The translations under genes and the position numbers were made by a program. Positions 37,925-48,856 of a stretch of DNA of 64,000 bases are shown piece by piece. Each line of letters opens with the position of its first letter. Position 1 is the first letter of the stretch. This DNA comes from an uncultured Acidobacteriota bacterium (GTDB taxonomy: Bacteria; Acidobacteriota; Vicinamibacteria; Vicinamibacterales; UBA2999): NCBI GenBank assembly GCA_963773045.1, contig CAVYZT010000003.1, positions 291,191 to 355,190 of the forward strand, in the 5' to 3' direction. The notes under the pieces were generated by a model that saw only the letters and a list, made by a program, of their open reading frames with translations, ran no database searches and was not told the origin of the DNA.

Positions 37925-40322
37925 ATGATCGACGGTCGCGTGGTGGATAAGCGCGTCGAGCACACATCGCGGGGACGGCTGCGCGCTCTCTACAAGTGGC
38001 TCAGGCCCGCGCCGCCGCTTCCGCAATTCCCTTCGAGCTCCGCAAGCGCGCCGGATCGCGGGGGCCTGCCCGCTCGCATCGGGCCATATGCGATCGAGCG
38101 CAAGTTGGGCCAAGGCGGCATGGGCGTCGTCTACGCAGCGCGCGATGAGCGCCTAAAGCGCACCGTCGCCGTGAAGATGATGTCGTCGCTCGCAAACGAC
38201 GAGCGGGCGCGCACGCGCTTCTGGCGAGAGGCCCGAATCGCGGCGAGCGTCAATCATCCAAACGTCTGCCAGATCTATGAAATCAGCGAGGACCACGGCG
38301 AGCTGTTTATCGCCATGGAACTCTTGGAGGGCGAAGCGCTATCCGAGCGCTTGCTGAAGGGGCCGCTCTGCATCGCCGACGCGCTGCCGATCGAATTCGG
38401 CATTCTCGCGGCGCTTTCGGCCCTGCACGCTCGGGGCATCGTCCACCGCGATCTCAAACCGTCGAACGTGTTCCTCACGCTCCACAGTGTGAAGCTGCTC
38501 GACTTCGGGTTGGCGCGGCCACAGCCGGAGCCGTCGCTCGACACAGAGACCAGCCTCACACACAGCGGGACAGTGTTGGGCACTCCGAGCTACATGGCAC
38601 CGGAACAGGTGACCAGCGGCGTGGTCGACAGCCGATGCGATCTGTTTGCCGCCGGCGCGATCCTGTTCGAGCTGCTTGCGGGTCGTCGGGCGTTTGGGGG
38701 CCGGACGGTCGTCGACATTCTGCACGCCACGCTCCATGAACAGCCGCCGGCGCTCACCGGCACTCCCGCGGTGACCGCCGTGGATCGTGTGATCCGGCGC
38801 GCGCTGGCCAAGCGGCCGGAAGATCGGACGCCATCGGCCGACGCGATGGCCGAAGAGCTGCGCGCCATTCGCGGCGTGGACGAGGGCAACGCCGCGGTCC
38901 TCGCCCGCCCTCTGACACGCCTGGTGGTACTGCCGTTTCGTGTCCTGCGCCCCGATCCTGAAACGGACTTTCTCGCGTTCAGCCTGCCAGATGCCATCGC
39001 GACGTCGTTGTCGGGCATCGGCTCGCTGATCGTCCGCTCGAGCACCACCGCGGCGCGCTTCGCCGCGGAGACGCCGGACCTCAAGGCACTCGCGGCGCGA
39101 GGCCGACGTGGACCGGGTGGTCATCGGCACGCTGCTGCGTTCCGGCGACCAGTTGCGCGCCGTGGCGCAGCTCGTCGAGGCCCCAGGCGGGACGCTGCTC
39201 ACCTCACATACGGTGCAGTCGTCGCTCGGCGACTTGTTCCGCTTACAAGACGACATCGCCCGACGCGTGGTGGAAGCGCTGTCGCTCCCGCTGACGGGCG
39301 AAGCGGCGTCGCCCGCACCCGACGCGCCGCAGAACGCCGGCGCCTACGAGTTCTACCTCCGGGCGAACGAACTGGCCCGCACGTTTGGCGGGCTCGCCAG
39401 GGCGCGCGATTTGTATGAGCGCTGCCTCGAGCTGGATCCACGATTCGCACCGGCGTGGGCTCGCCTTGGTCGCTGCCACCGTGTGATCGGCAAGTTCGTC
39501 GACGGGACGCCCGATAGCGAGGCGCGCGCCCAGCAGGCCTTCGGCCGCGCCCTCGAGCTCAACCCGCGCCTCTCCCTGGCGCACAAGTTCTACGCCAACT
39601 TGGAGGGTGACATAGGTCAGGCCGCAGCGCGCGCTCGTGCGCCTGCTGGGCGAGGCCAACCGCCACGGCAACGATCCGGAGCTGTTCGCGGGGCTCGTCC
39701 ACGCGTGTCGCTACTGTGGACTCTACGACGAGTCCATCGCGGCGCACGCCGAGGCACGCCGGCTCGACCCGAACGTGCCCACGAGTCTCGGACAAACGCT
39801 ACTTTTGACCGGTGATATCGAGCGGCTCCTGGCCGTGGAGCCGCCGCCGCTCGGCACGGGCAGCGACGAGTGGATTCAAGCCCGGGTCACTGGGCTCGGA
39901 CTGGCGGGGCGTCGAGACGAGTCACGCCAGGTGCTGGCTGAGATGCGCCAAGTGCCGCGCGTCAGCGCGTTTCAGGCGTGGGGCGACTTCCTCATGGCCT
40001 GGCTCGATCGCCGCCCGGCAGACATGCTCGCCGGCTTGTCCGCTCTGAGCCCGCTGAAGGTTTATGACGACCCGGAATTTCGTCTTCCGCGTGGGATGGT
40101 TGCTGTGCGATGTGGGCGAGCACGAGCAAGGGCTTCCCGTATCTTCGGCGAGCCCTCGCCAAGGCGTACTTTGTGGCTCCGACGCTCTCGGAAAGTCGGT
40201 CGTTCGATTCGCTGCGAAGCGATCCACGCTTCCAGGCGATCGTGGCGGAAGCGGAAGTGGGCCGACAGCAAGCGCTGGCCGCTTTCCGCGAAGCCGGAGG
40301 AGAGCGACTCCTCGGCCGGTGA
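37925..40322 (+). CDS. Ser/Thr protein kinase with C-terminal TPR-like/helical domain; four apparent frameshifts (~39093, ~39630, 40078-40080, 40136-40138)
   Basis: Kinase: ..GQGGMGVVYAARD..VAVKMM..IVHRDLKPSNVFL..DFGLAR..GTPSYMAPE... The continuation is spread over ORFs 39108..39815, 39637..40347, 40064..40495 and 40110..40322 (..READVDRVVIGTLLRSGDQLR.. / ..LVRLLGEANRHGNDPELF.. / ..EFVFRVGWLLCDVGEHEQGLP / YLRRALAKAYFVAP..). Confidence 0.75.
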
Positions 40323-40791
40323 TGCACCAGTCAGCACTTACAAGTGAGGGTGAACGACGTGTTCGCTACCATCACTTTGGTGGCACAACGATCAGTATCG
40401 AAAACAATATCGGGGTCATCCGCGTGCCGCCAGAGGCGACGGTGGAGGTTGGTGGCGATCTTGATATCCCCGGGCGCCGACCCCGACGAAAGTGAACTGC
40501 ACCGCGTGACAAACCACGGAGATTGAGGTCCATCAGCGGGATCGTTCCAGAGCGGGTCAGACGCTCCCGCCGCCGTGCCCTGCAGACCTGGCTGTGCCTA
40601 TTGAGAAGCCGATGCGGCGCAGGTGGTAAGCCTATCTGGAGACACGCCACGCGTTCTAGGCCTTCCTAGCCTTGCTACAGATGGGCATGCCCGCTCAACA
40701 GAGTCCGCACACGAAGCGGCTGAGAGGAAGCCCTTCGCCAGGTCGGTGTCTGCGTGGGCTACACCGACTCCAAGCTTTCGCCGCGCAGTCG

Positions 40792-40819
40792 CGCAATCGA
40801 TTGCGACATCTTGCGACAT
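40792..40819. promoter_or_regulatory. 14-nt perfect palindrome CGCAATCGATTGCG overlapping direct repeat TTGCGACAT x2
   Basis: Seen at 40792-40805 and 40801-40819, about 170-200 nt upstream of the first M28 peptidase start. Function is a guess. Confidence 0.2.
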
Positions 40820-40988
40820 TTGTCAACCATCTTTTGAGATAGGGTCACCGCACCTTCGTGTGTTGTGCGTCTTGGAATGGAGGGGTCTCAGACGGCTACA
40901 AGGTCGATTGCCTTTGAGGCCAGATGTCGCGCCGAACGAGGCGCTAGCGAGCGGACGACGCCGAAGTGAATCTATTGGGGGGAAGATC

Positions 40989-43149
40989 GTGACCATCCGT
41001 GTCTCTGTGTACGTGGCACTTGCCATGTTCGCCACGACGACGGCAAATGCGCAGTACGAACGTGACCGGCCCACCATGCTCTCGCCGGAGGTCATGAAGA
41101 CGATCGCGGTGGAGTTGTCCGGTGCCCGGGCGTTCAACAACGCCGTCGAGATCGCTGGTTACGAGTACGACCGCAAGGCGGCCGAGTACAGCGGTACCTA
41201 CCGTGAAACGGCCGTGGTCGAGCGACTGGCGAAGGAATACGGATTCTCGGATGTTCGCGTCACGCGGTTGCCCGTTCCGTACCGGCAATGGGACGGGGAG
41301 GACGCCGAGCTGTCGGTGGTCACTCCAGAACCGCAATTGGTGTCACGCTACCTTGATCACCCCGCCATGCTGGCCTATGGCAGCCAGACGGCCGACGTCA
41401 CGGCGCCGCTCGTGTGGGTCGGCCGCGGTTTGCGCGACTCCGACTACGCCGGCAAGGACGTCCGCGGCAAGGTCGTGCTCACCGACGGCCCGCCGGGTAC
41501 CGTCCACGATCTGGCGGTCAGGAAGTTCGGCGCCGCAGGGGTCGTCACGTTCGTGAACGAGTATGGGTTCGGCCTCGACGAACCCGACCAACTCGCGCAG
41601 GTCCGTCTGTCGAACGCCTTCGACGAGTCCCTTGATGCGGGCACCACGTTCGCTATCGTGCTGTCGCACCGCCAGGGCACCAGGCTCCTCGAGTTGCTCG
41701 AAATCAACGACAACGTCGTCGTCCACGCGAGGACGAAGAGCGCGAGGCACGCGGCGGACCACGAAGTCGTCGAAGCGTGGATTCCTGGCGACGGCAGCTC
41801 GTCGCAGGAAGTCGTCGTCGTCGCCCACCTGTTCGAATACATCGCCAAGCAGGGGGCCAACGACGACATCTCCGGATGCGCCGCCGCCCTTGAGATCGGC
41901 AGAACTTGGGCGAAGCTCATCAGTCAAGGAAGGCTCCAGAAGCCGAAGCGCGCGGTCCACTTCCTGTGGGTGCCCGAAATCATTTATGCCGTCGAGTACC
42001 TGGAAGAAGTACCCCGACTTCGCGAAGAACACGCTGGCGATGACCAGCATGGACATCGTGGGCTCCAACCAGACCATCAACCGCAACGAGCAGCGCGTGC
42101 TGCTCACCCCGGCCAGCTTTCCCAGCTTTCTCAATGAGCTCTACATCGAATACCTCAGGTGGATGGAGGACACGCAAGCCATCAAGTTCCACAACCTCCG
42201 CGCCCAGGACTATTCGGGACGCTACCTGCAGAACCCCATCACCGATCCTCAGGGGACCGAGGACCCCTATCACATCCGAATCATGAAGCACGCGGGTGGG
42301 AGCGACCACCTTCCGTTCCTCCGGTCCTGGCCCCGTGTCGCAGGCGTGCATTTCATGAACTGGCCAGATGTCCACTACCACACGAGCGAGGACCTGACCA
42401 AGTTCCTCGATCCGACGCAGCTCAAGCGGACGTCGATGGTCACCATGAGCGTCTCACTCGTCATGGCAAACGCGGGGCCTGAGGACGCGCTTCGCGTGGC
42501 CGGGCTGACCCTTGGACACGGAATCGAACGCATCGGGAACGACCTGGCCCTCGGGGTTGAGATGATGGCGACCTCTGCCGCGATCGGTCTCGACGCTGCT
42601 TTCAAAGAGTCGCTCGTGCTCGTCCGGCAGGCGTACAAGCGCGAGGCTGCCGCGATTCGATCCAACGAGTTGATGATGGGGGGAGACGCCAAGGCCATCG
42701 CGAGTCTGCGCGACATCGAACGATCGTTACTGGTCACTGAAGCCCAGGACGTGGCACGGCTTCAGGGCGTCTACAAGGCGGTGGCCGCTCAGCGCGGCGT
42801 GTCGCTCGTCCTCGCCCCGCCCCTCAACGCAGCAGAAACGATCGCATCTACGCTCTTTCCGAAGCCGAAGAGCGGCAACCCGTACTCCGATTTCTTCGAT
42901 CCGAATCAGCCCTCGATGCACCCGGGGCAGCGCGAATTCGCGCTGCACGATGAGGAAGCGCGGAACTTCGCGGATGGCACGCGCTCCGTCCTGGAGATCC
43001 GCGACGCGATCACGGCGGAGCTTGGGGCGGTGTCCGTTGACAAGGTGACGCAGTTCTTCCGTGACCTCGAGCAGCGCGGGAAGTGGGAAATCGAGACTCG
43101 CGATCCCGCGGCGGCTTCGACTGCCAGAAAGAAAGCGATACCGAAATGA
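40989..43149 (+). CDS. M28-family peptidase with PA domain (paralog 1), one apparent frameshift at ~42003-42006
   Basis: GTG 40989 after GGGGGGAAG. ..AHLFEYIAKQGANDDISGCAAALE..; ORF 40623..42137 joins ORF 41563..43149 if one A is removed (YLE-KYPDFAKNTLAMTSMD); ..HAGGSDHLPF..HYHTSEDL... About 70-75% aa identity by eye to 44924..47059. Confidence 0.75.
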
Positions 43150-43158
43150 CCGCGGTAG

Positions 43159-44802
43159 CCTTCGCAGGCCGTTCATGACCGTCCCACGTCAGCCATTCGG
43201 CGTGCAGACAGCCCGTCGGTCTCGATTGGCAAGCCTTCGAATTACCCGCAGCATTTCGGACAGGCGACGACCAGCATTCGAGACGACTTCTCGGTCTCCT
43301 TGACGGGCGGCGGCCGTCACGATGTCAAGGTCGGCGGCGAGTACATCGACAACTTGATTTACGCCCGCTGGCCCAATCAAGGTTCGGGCGTCCTGACGGT
43401 CAACGGCGGCCCCATCCCGGCGGACATCGAGTCGCTGTTCCCCGTCTGGAATGACACGACGACGTGGAACATTGCGGCGTTGTCGCCCATCACAACTCGT
43501 TATACGCAGGCGTTCGGCGACTTCCAGCTGTACATGCCCGAAGACCAACTCGGCTTCTGGTTGCAGGACGACTGGTCGGTCTCATCGAACCTCACGTTGA
43601 ACCTTGGACTGCGCTACGACGTGAGCTTCGGGGCCTTTGTCGAGGACCTGGAGATTCTGCCGTGGATGCCCAAGCGCTCGTCGGACACCAATAACATCGC
43701 GCCGCGCCTGGGATTCGCCTACAAGCTGAATGACGGAGAGACGGTGATCCGAGGTGGTGGCGGAAAGTTCTTCGCATACATTTCGAACAACCAGGCGCAC
43801 TCGACGACATTGTCGAATCAGAGCGCGCTGCTGACGGTCACCAACGACGGGCGAGCTGACTTTGCCTCGAACCCGTTCAACGGACGAGTCCCAACGGTCG
43901 CCGAAGCTCGTGCGCTCCCTCAGGACATCAACTTCATCGATCCGGCGGCGCAGACGCCCTACGCGTGGCAGGCCTCGCTTGGTTTTCAGCACCAACTCGC
44001 AAGCGACCTGGCAATGGAAGCCGACTTCGTGTTCACCGGCACCAGGTACGATTGGGAGTCGCGCAACGTCAACATGTCGTATAACCCTGCAACCGGTACG
44101 AACTTCCCGTTCACAGATGTGAGCAAGAGACCGTACCCGAACTTCGGCGTCGCGAGCGCCTACGAGACCAACGGACGTTCCAACTACCGTGGCCTGCAAT
44201 CCGCCTTGACGAAGCGATTCAGCCACGGCTGGCAGGGCACGGTCACCTACACCCTGTCGAAGATGATGGACGACTCTACGCCCTACAGCAGCACTGTGGA
44301 CAACAGTTGTCCCACGGCGAGCGCGTGTTCCGGGCTCATACACTACCCGTTCGACATGTCAGCCGAGTACGCTCCGTCGACCGCCGATCAACGGCATCGC
44401 GCTGTGTTCAATGGTATCTGGTCACTTCCTCACGACATTCAGGTCAGCGGGCTCTACTTCTTCGGGTCCGGGGAACACTTCAACAACGTGTGGGGCGGCG
44501 ACGCCCGCAATACCGGTAACCGTTCATCGGGCAGGTTGAAGCCGGACGGGACCTCTGTCGCGCGCGACAGCTTTGTCGGAAAGCCGGTGCATCGCGTCGA
44601 CGCGCGCCTCCTCAAGCGGTTTGCGATCAAGGGCTCGGTGAGGCTCGAAGGCAGTGTCGAGCTCTTCAATGTTTTCAACCACGCGAATTACGGTTCGTAC
44701 GCACTCACGCAGAGCCTGAACAACTTCGGACAGCCGCAACAGAACATCGCCGTTGCATACCAGCCACGGATCATGCAACTCGGCATTCGGGTCACGTTCT
44801 GA
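43159..44802 (+). pseudogene. TonB-dependent receptor, C-terminal beta-barrel half only
   Basis: The open frame starts right after TAG 43156-43158: ..NYPQHFGQATTSIRDDFSVSLTGGGRHDVKVGGEYI.. through ..YQPRIMQLGIRVTF. No signal peptide, carboxypeptidase-regulatory domain or plug is present. It starts 10 nt after the preceding peptidase stop. Confidence 0.7.
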
Positions 44803-44826
44803 GGTTCTCCGTTCGAGACGGCAAGA

Positions 44827-44862
44827 GGGATGCGCGGGCGCAAGGGGTCGACTGCGCATCCC
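44827..44862 (+). terminator. Strong hairpin after the truncated receptor (GGGATGCGC ... GCGCATCCC)
   Basis: 9-bp perfect stem (44827-44835 / 44854-44862) with an 18-nt loop, extendable by caag/cttg. No U-tract follows. Confidence 0.3.
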
Positions 44863-44923
44863 TTGTGCTCGACGGGACTCACGTGCGGTAGACAGACCGA
44901 AGGTCCATTAGAGGGAGGCTCTC

Positions 44924-47059
44924 TTGAAGCGATTGATTGTCGCAGTAGTAGCTTTGGTGTGCGCACAGCAAGGGGGCGTTCGAGCCCAACTCCAGCGTGA
45001 TCACAACACCATGCTCAGTGCGCCGGTGATGAAGGCCATTGCCACCGAACTGTCTGGCGCACGCGCGTTCAACAACGTCGTGGAGATTGCGGGCTACGAG
45101 TACGACCGCAAGAGCGACGAGTATGGCACGGGCACTTACCGCGAGGCCAAGGTCGTAGAGCGCCTCGCCAGGGAGTACGGGTTCAGCAACGTGCGCATCA
45201 CGCGGCTGCCCACGGCGGGCCCGCAGTGGGACGGCGAGGATGCGGAGTTGTGGGTCACCGCACCGGAGAAGATCCTCGTCTCACGCTACCTCGATCACCC
45301 GGCCATGTTCGCCTACGGCAGCCGTTCCGCTGACGTCACGGCACAACTGGTGTGGATCGGGCATGGCCTCCGTGACGTCGACTATGCCGGCAAGGACGTC
45401 AAGGGGAAGATCGTCCTCACCGACTGGGCGCCTGGCCCTGTCCATGACATCGCGGTCAAGTTGCACGGAGCGGCCGGTGTCCTGAGCTTCGTCAACCGGT
45501 ACGGGTTCGGCATCGACGAGCCCGACCAGATCGCCCAAAGCGTGAGGTTGTCGAATGTGACCGGTGACGACCCGTCGATCACCTTCGGGCTCGTCCTCTC
45601 GCATCGCCAGGGCATGAGACTGATGGGGTTGCTCGAGTCGAACGACTCCGTCACCGTGCACGTCAAGACAAAGTCCAGCTTCCATCCCGCCGACCACCAG
45701 GTGGTGGAAGGCTGGATCCCTGGCGACGGATCGTCCAACCAGGAAGTGGTCATCGTTTCGCACCTGTTTGAAGGGATCGCGAAGCAAGGAGCCAACGACG
45801 ACACGTCGGGCTGTGGGGCGGCGCTGGAAATCGGGCGGACGTGGACCAAGTTGATCAAGGATCGTGTCCTGCCCACGCCCAAGCGGGCGGTGCACTTTCT
45901 CTGGGTGCCGGAGATCATCTACGCAACAGAGTACTGGAAGAAATTCCCGGACTTTCCGAAGAACACGCTGGCGATGACGAGCATGGACATCGTCGGCTCG
46001 AACCAGACCATCAACCGCAACGAGATGCGCGTGCTGCTCACGCCGTACAGCTTTCCGAGCTTCCTCAACGAGCTCTACATCCAGTACATGAAATGGATGG
46101 AGGACACGCAGGCCATCAAATACCACAACCTGTTGGGCGACAACTCGGGCGGTCGAGAGATGCAGACGCCGATCGTCGATCCGCAGGGTACCCAGGATCC
46201 CTTTCACATCCGCATCATGAAGCACGCCGGTGGGAGCGACCATCTTCCCTTCCTGCGCTCCAATCCGCGCGTCGCCGGCGTTCACTACATGAACTGGCCC
46301 GATGTGCACTACCACACCAGCGAGGATCTGACGAAGTTTCTCGATCCCACGCAGCTCAAGCGCGCCGCGATGATCACGATGTGTGTCTCGGCGGTGATGG
46401 CCAACGCGTCTCAGGAGGATGCGCTGATGCTCGCCGGCCTGACGAGCGGACACGCCGTTGAGCGAATCGGCACCGACTTGGCGCAGGCGATGGAGGGGAT
46501 GCGTGCGGCGGGTTCCGACCTCGACAGGGGCTACAAGGAGGGCTTGGTCCTGGTGCGGCAAGCCTACCGTCGGGAGGTGGCCGCCGTCCGGTCCAACGCG
46601 AAGATGATGGAAGGAGACGCGAAGGCGCTGGCGAGCCTCAGGGAGATCGAGCAGAGCGTGGCGGCAGGGGAAGCACAGGACGTGGCGCGACTTCAGAGCG
46701 TGTACACCGCGATAGCCACCGGGCGCAAGACGGCCGTCACGCTGGTTCCTCCAGTGACTGCCGCCGAGTCGGCCGCGGCCAAGCGGTTTCCGCGGCCGAA
46801 GGGCGGTGACCCGTACGTGGAATTCACCGCTGCCGCTCAGCCGTCGATGAATCCCGGGCACAGGGAGTTCGCCCTCTACGACGAAGAGGCACGCAACTTC
46901 GCCGACGGCACCCGGTCGGTCCTCGAGATCCGCGATGCCATCAGCGCTGAACTGGGACCGATCGACGTCGAACGTGTCGACGCATTCTTCCGCGATCTAG
47001 AGAAGCTCGGCAAATGGGAGATCCTCTCACAACCACCCAGCCGACCCGCCTTGCGATGA
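44924..47059 (+). CDS. M28-family peptidase with PA domain (paralog 2), intact
   Basis: 711 aa. Signal MKRLIVAVVALVCAQQGGVRAQ; ..SHLFEGIAKQGANDDTSGCGAALE..HAGGSDHLPF..HYHTSEDL..FADGTRSVLEIRDAI... Confidence 0.85.
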   Translation: MKRLIVAVVALVCAQQGGVRAQLQRDHNTMLSAPVMKAIATELSGARAFNNVVEIAGYEYDRKSDEYGTGTYREAKVVERLAREYGFSNVRITRLPTAGPQWDGEDAELWVTAPEKILVSRYLDHPAMFAYGSRSADVTAQLVWIGHGLRDVDYAGKDVKGKIVLTDWAPGPVHDIAVKLHGAAGVLSFVNRYGFGIDEPDQIAQSVRLSNVTGDDPSITFGLVLSHRQGMRLMGLLESNDSVTVHVKTKSSFHPADHQVVEGWIPGDGSSNQEVVIVSHLFEGIAKQGANDDTSGCGAALEIGRTWTKLIKDRVLPTPKRAVHFLWVPEIIYATEYWKKFPDFPKNTLAMTSMDIVGSNQTINRNEMRVLLTPYSFPSFLNELYIQYMKWMEDTQAIKYHNLLGDNSGGREMQTPIVDPQGTQDPFHIRIMKHAGGSDHLPFLRSNPRVAGVHYMNWPDVHYHTSEDLTKFLDPTQLKRAAMITMCVSAVMANASQEDALMLAGLTSGHAVERIGTDLAQAMEGMRAAGSDLDRGYKEGLVLVRQAYRREVAAVRSNAKMMEGDAKALASLREIEQSVAAGEAQDVARLQSVYTAIATGRKTAVTLVPPVTAAESAAAKRFPRPKGGDPYVEFTAAAQPSMNPGHREFALYDEEARNFADGTRSVLEIRDAISAELGPIDVERVDAFFRDLEKLGKWEILSQPPSRPALR

Positions 47060-47098
47060 CGCGGTGGCGGCCGTGGCTCGAGCGTGGGCTGCGGCCGA

Positions 47099-48853
47099 TC
47101 AGCCCTCGCGACGTTCGATCCGATCGAACCGCAGCCCGCTCGATCCTTCGCCGCGGCCGATCCGCTTGCGGCGGCCGATCCACAAATGCGTGGACCCGTC
47201 CTGCCAGCGCGCGAGCTGATACGTCCGCGTCACGCGCGCGCCTTCGCGCGGGACTTCTTCCTCGTGAATCGAGAGCACGCCGTCGGGCCGATCGGGATTC
47301 AGCACGGCGCCCAGCGCGCGGATGAACGTCCGCGACCCGTCCGGACGCAGCACCTGCCCGCGCCGCAATCGAAGCTCGTCGCCGACGCGCATCGGCAGGA
47401 GCGGGATCCAGTTGTCGGGTGTCGTCGTGGCGAGCGTGTAGTACTCACGGCCGTCCGGCGGAGACTCCGGCGCGGCGGCCGTGCGCGACGCACCTGCTCG
47501 CGGCAGCGGACGCTCGATCGCGCTTTCGACGACCTTCTCGACGCCCCACGCCATGTTGGACATCTCGTCCCGAAGGAACAGCACCTCCTCGACGGGACGA
47601 CTTTCGATCGTGCCGATGAGCGTTGGCGGCAGAAGGAACAGTCCCGGCTCGGGCACGGCCAGCGGCGTTCCGGGCGCGGCGACGCCCGAGAGCTGGAACA
47701 TCCGCCACGCGGCGCTCATCCCGCCAACCTCGCTGGACGAGTGAATGACGAAGCGCTCGCCGAACGTGTTCGTCACCACGAGCGAACGGCTGCGGCTGAG
47801 CGTCCCCGCCTCGAGATCGATCGGGATCACGAACCAGTCGTTGCCGTAGCTGAGCGCGAATTCGACGAGCAGCAGACGGACGAGATCCTGCGGCCCCGCG
47901 TCGACCGCGCCGAAGTCCACGCGCGCGTCCTCGAACTCCCAGAACCGCGCCGCCGGCATGCCTCGATACGTCACCGGCGCCGGGATCGTCGTCTTCACGA
48001 CCGGCACGCTGGGGCCATCGACCGCCCGCAGCGACGCGCCAGGGTTGAGGCTGAAGTCGTCCCAGTCGATCCGGCCGGTGTAGTACTCGCGCGCGGTCAC
48101 GACCTTCTCGCTGTCTCCTATGCGCGCGCCGAGCGAAAACGCGTACTCCAGCCGCTCGGGCAGCCAGGCGGGCTGGGCCGCGGCAGGCGCGGTCATGAAC
48201 TCGTCGACCCACTGCAGCCACAGTTCCGACGCCTGAAGCACTTCAGCGGAGTCGCCCGGCTCGACTTTCAGCTCGGGCGGAAGCTTGGCTTTTGCCGGAG
48301 GCGTAGGATGCAGTCCGGCCTTGAGGGCCGCGTAGAGTCTGCGTCCGTCTGGCACGCGGCCCGCGAGCAGATCGACGAACGCGAGGCTCTCCGGATCGAG
48401 CGCGGCACGGTCTGTTGGAGATGGCCTCGAGACGCCGAACGCCGCGAGGATGTCCGGCCGATAGTCTCGCGACAGCGGCTGGCGCGCGACGAAGCGGAGG
48501 TATTGGCGTCCCGTGTCGGCCGCGAACCGCATCCGCGCGAGCACCTCTGGCGTCTGCGGCACGGGCTCGGATTCGACGAGCGTCTCCAGAGGCACGCGGA
48601 TACTGTCGAATGGCAGGCCCTCGACGCTTCCGCCTGCGGGCACCGGACCGGGCGAGTAGCGCGAGAAGTGCGCGGTCTCGCCGTGCCACGACGCCACGGC
48701 CGGCGACCCGTTGTCCTCGCCCTGGAACTCACCGAGCTGCCATTGCCTCGCGAGCAGCCACAGCGGGTCGTAGACGCGCGCCTGGAGCCCGGTATTCATG
48801 TCAGCGCTGCGGCTCCCGGGCTCGAGCTTCATCCAGGTAGTGATCGACGCCAC
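47099..48853 (-). CDS. Giant-operon gene E: 584-aa hypothetical protein, no recognised family
   Basis: GTG 48853 is preceded by GGGGGAG 6 nt upstream, inside the last codons of gene D, with a 3-nt gap to the D stop. Landmarks: ..ARVYDPLWLLARQWQLGEFQGEDNGSP.., ..RFWEFEDARVDFG..LLLVEFALSYGNDWFVIPIDL.. No signal peptide or TM segment seen. Confidence 0.8.
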   Translation of the reverse strand: MASITTWMKLEPGSRSADMNTGLQARVYDPLWLLARQWQLGEFQGEDNGSPAVASWHGETAHFSRYSPGPVPAGGSVEGLPFDSIRVPLETLVESEPVPQTPEVLARMRFAADTGRQYLRFVARQPLSRDYRPDILAAFGVSRPSPTDRAALDPESLAFVDLLAGRVPDGRRLYAALKAGLHPTPPAKAKLPPELKVEPGDSAEVLQASELWLQWVDEFMTAPAAAQPAWLPERLEYAFSLGARIGDSEKVVTAREYYTGRIDWDDFSLNPGASLRAVDGPSVPVVKTTIPAPVTYRGMPAARFWEFEDARVDFGAVDAGPQDLVRLLLVEFALSYGNDWFVIPIDLEAGTLSRSRSLVVTNTFGERFVIHSSSEVGGMSAAWRMFQLSGVAAPGTPLAVPEPGLFLLPPTLIGTIESRPVEEVLFLRDEMSNMAWGVEKVVESAIERPLPRAGASRTAAAPESPPDGREYYTLATTTPDNWIPLLPMRVGDELRLRRGQVLRPDGSRTFIRALGAVLNPDRPDGVLSIHEEEVPREGARVTRTYQLARWQDGSTHLWIGRRKRIGRGEGSSGLRFDRIERREG

Positions 48854-48856
48854 TCG

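Noticed and set aside
37761-37967. 68-aa minus-strand ORF between the epoxide hydrolase and kinase genes (..IPEERFEAAKKGLAAEAVTPL..)
   Set aside because: It has no start or SD context and no motif, and it overlaps the kinase start region. It is probably non-coding or an unrecognisable remnant.
40344-40526. Small ORFs in the 660-bp gap before the first M28 peptidase (e.g. 60-aa ORF 40344..40526, or the alternative frame ..GGTTISIENNIGVIRVPPEATVEVGGDLDIPG)
   Set aside because: They have no SD or start context and no recognisable motif, and competing frames are equally open. They may be the tail of the frameshifted kinase region or plain non-coding DNA.
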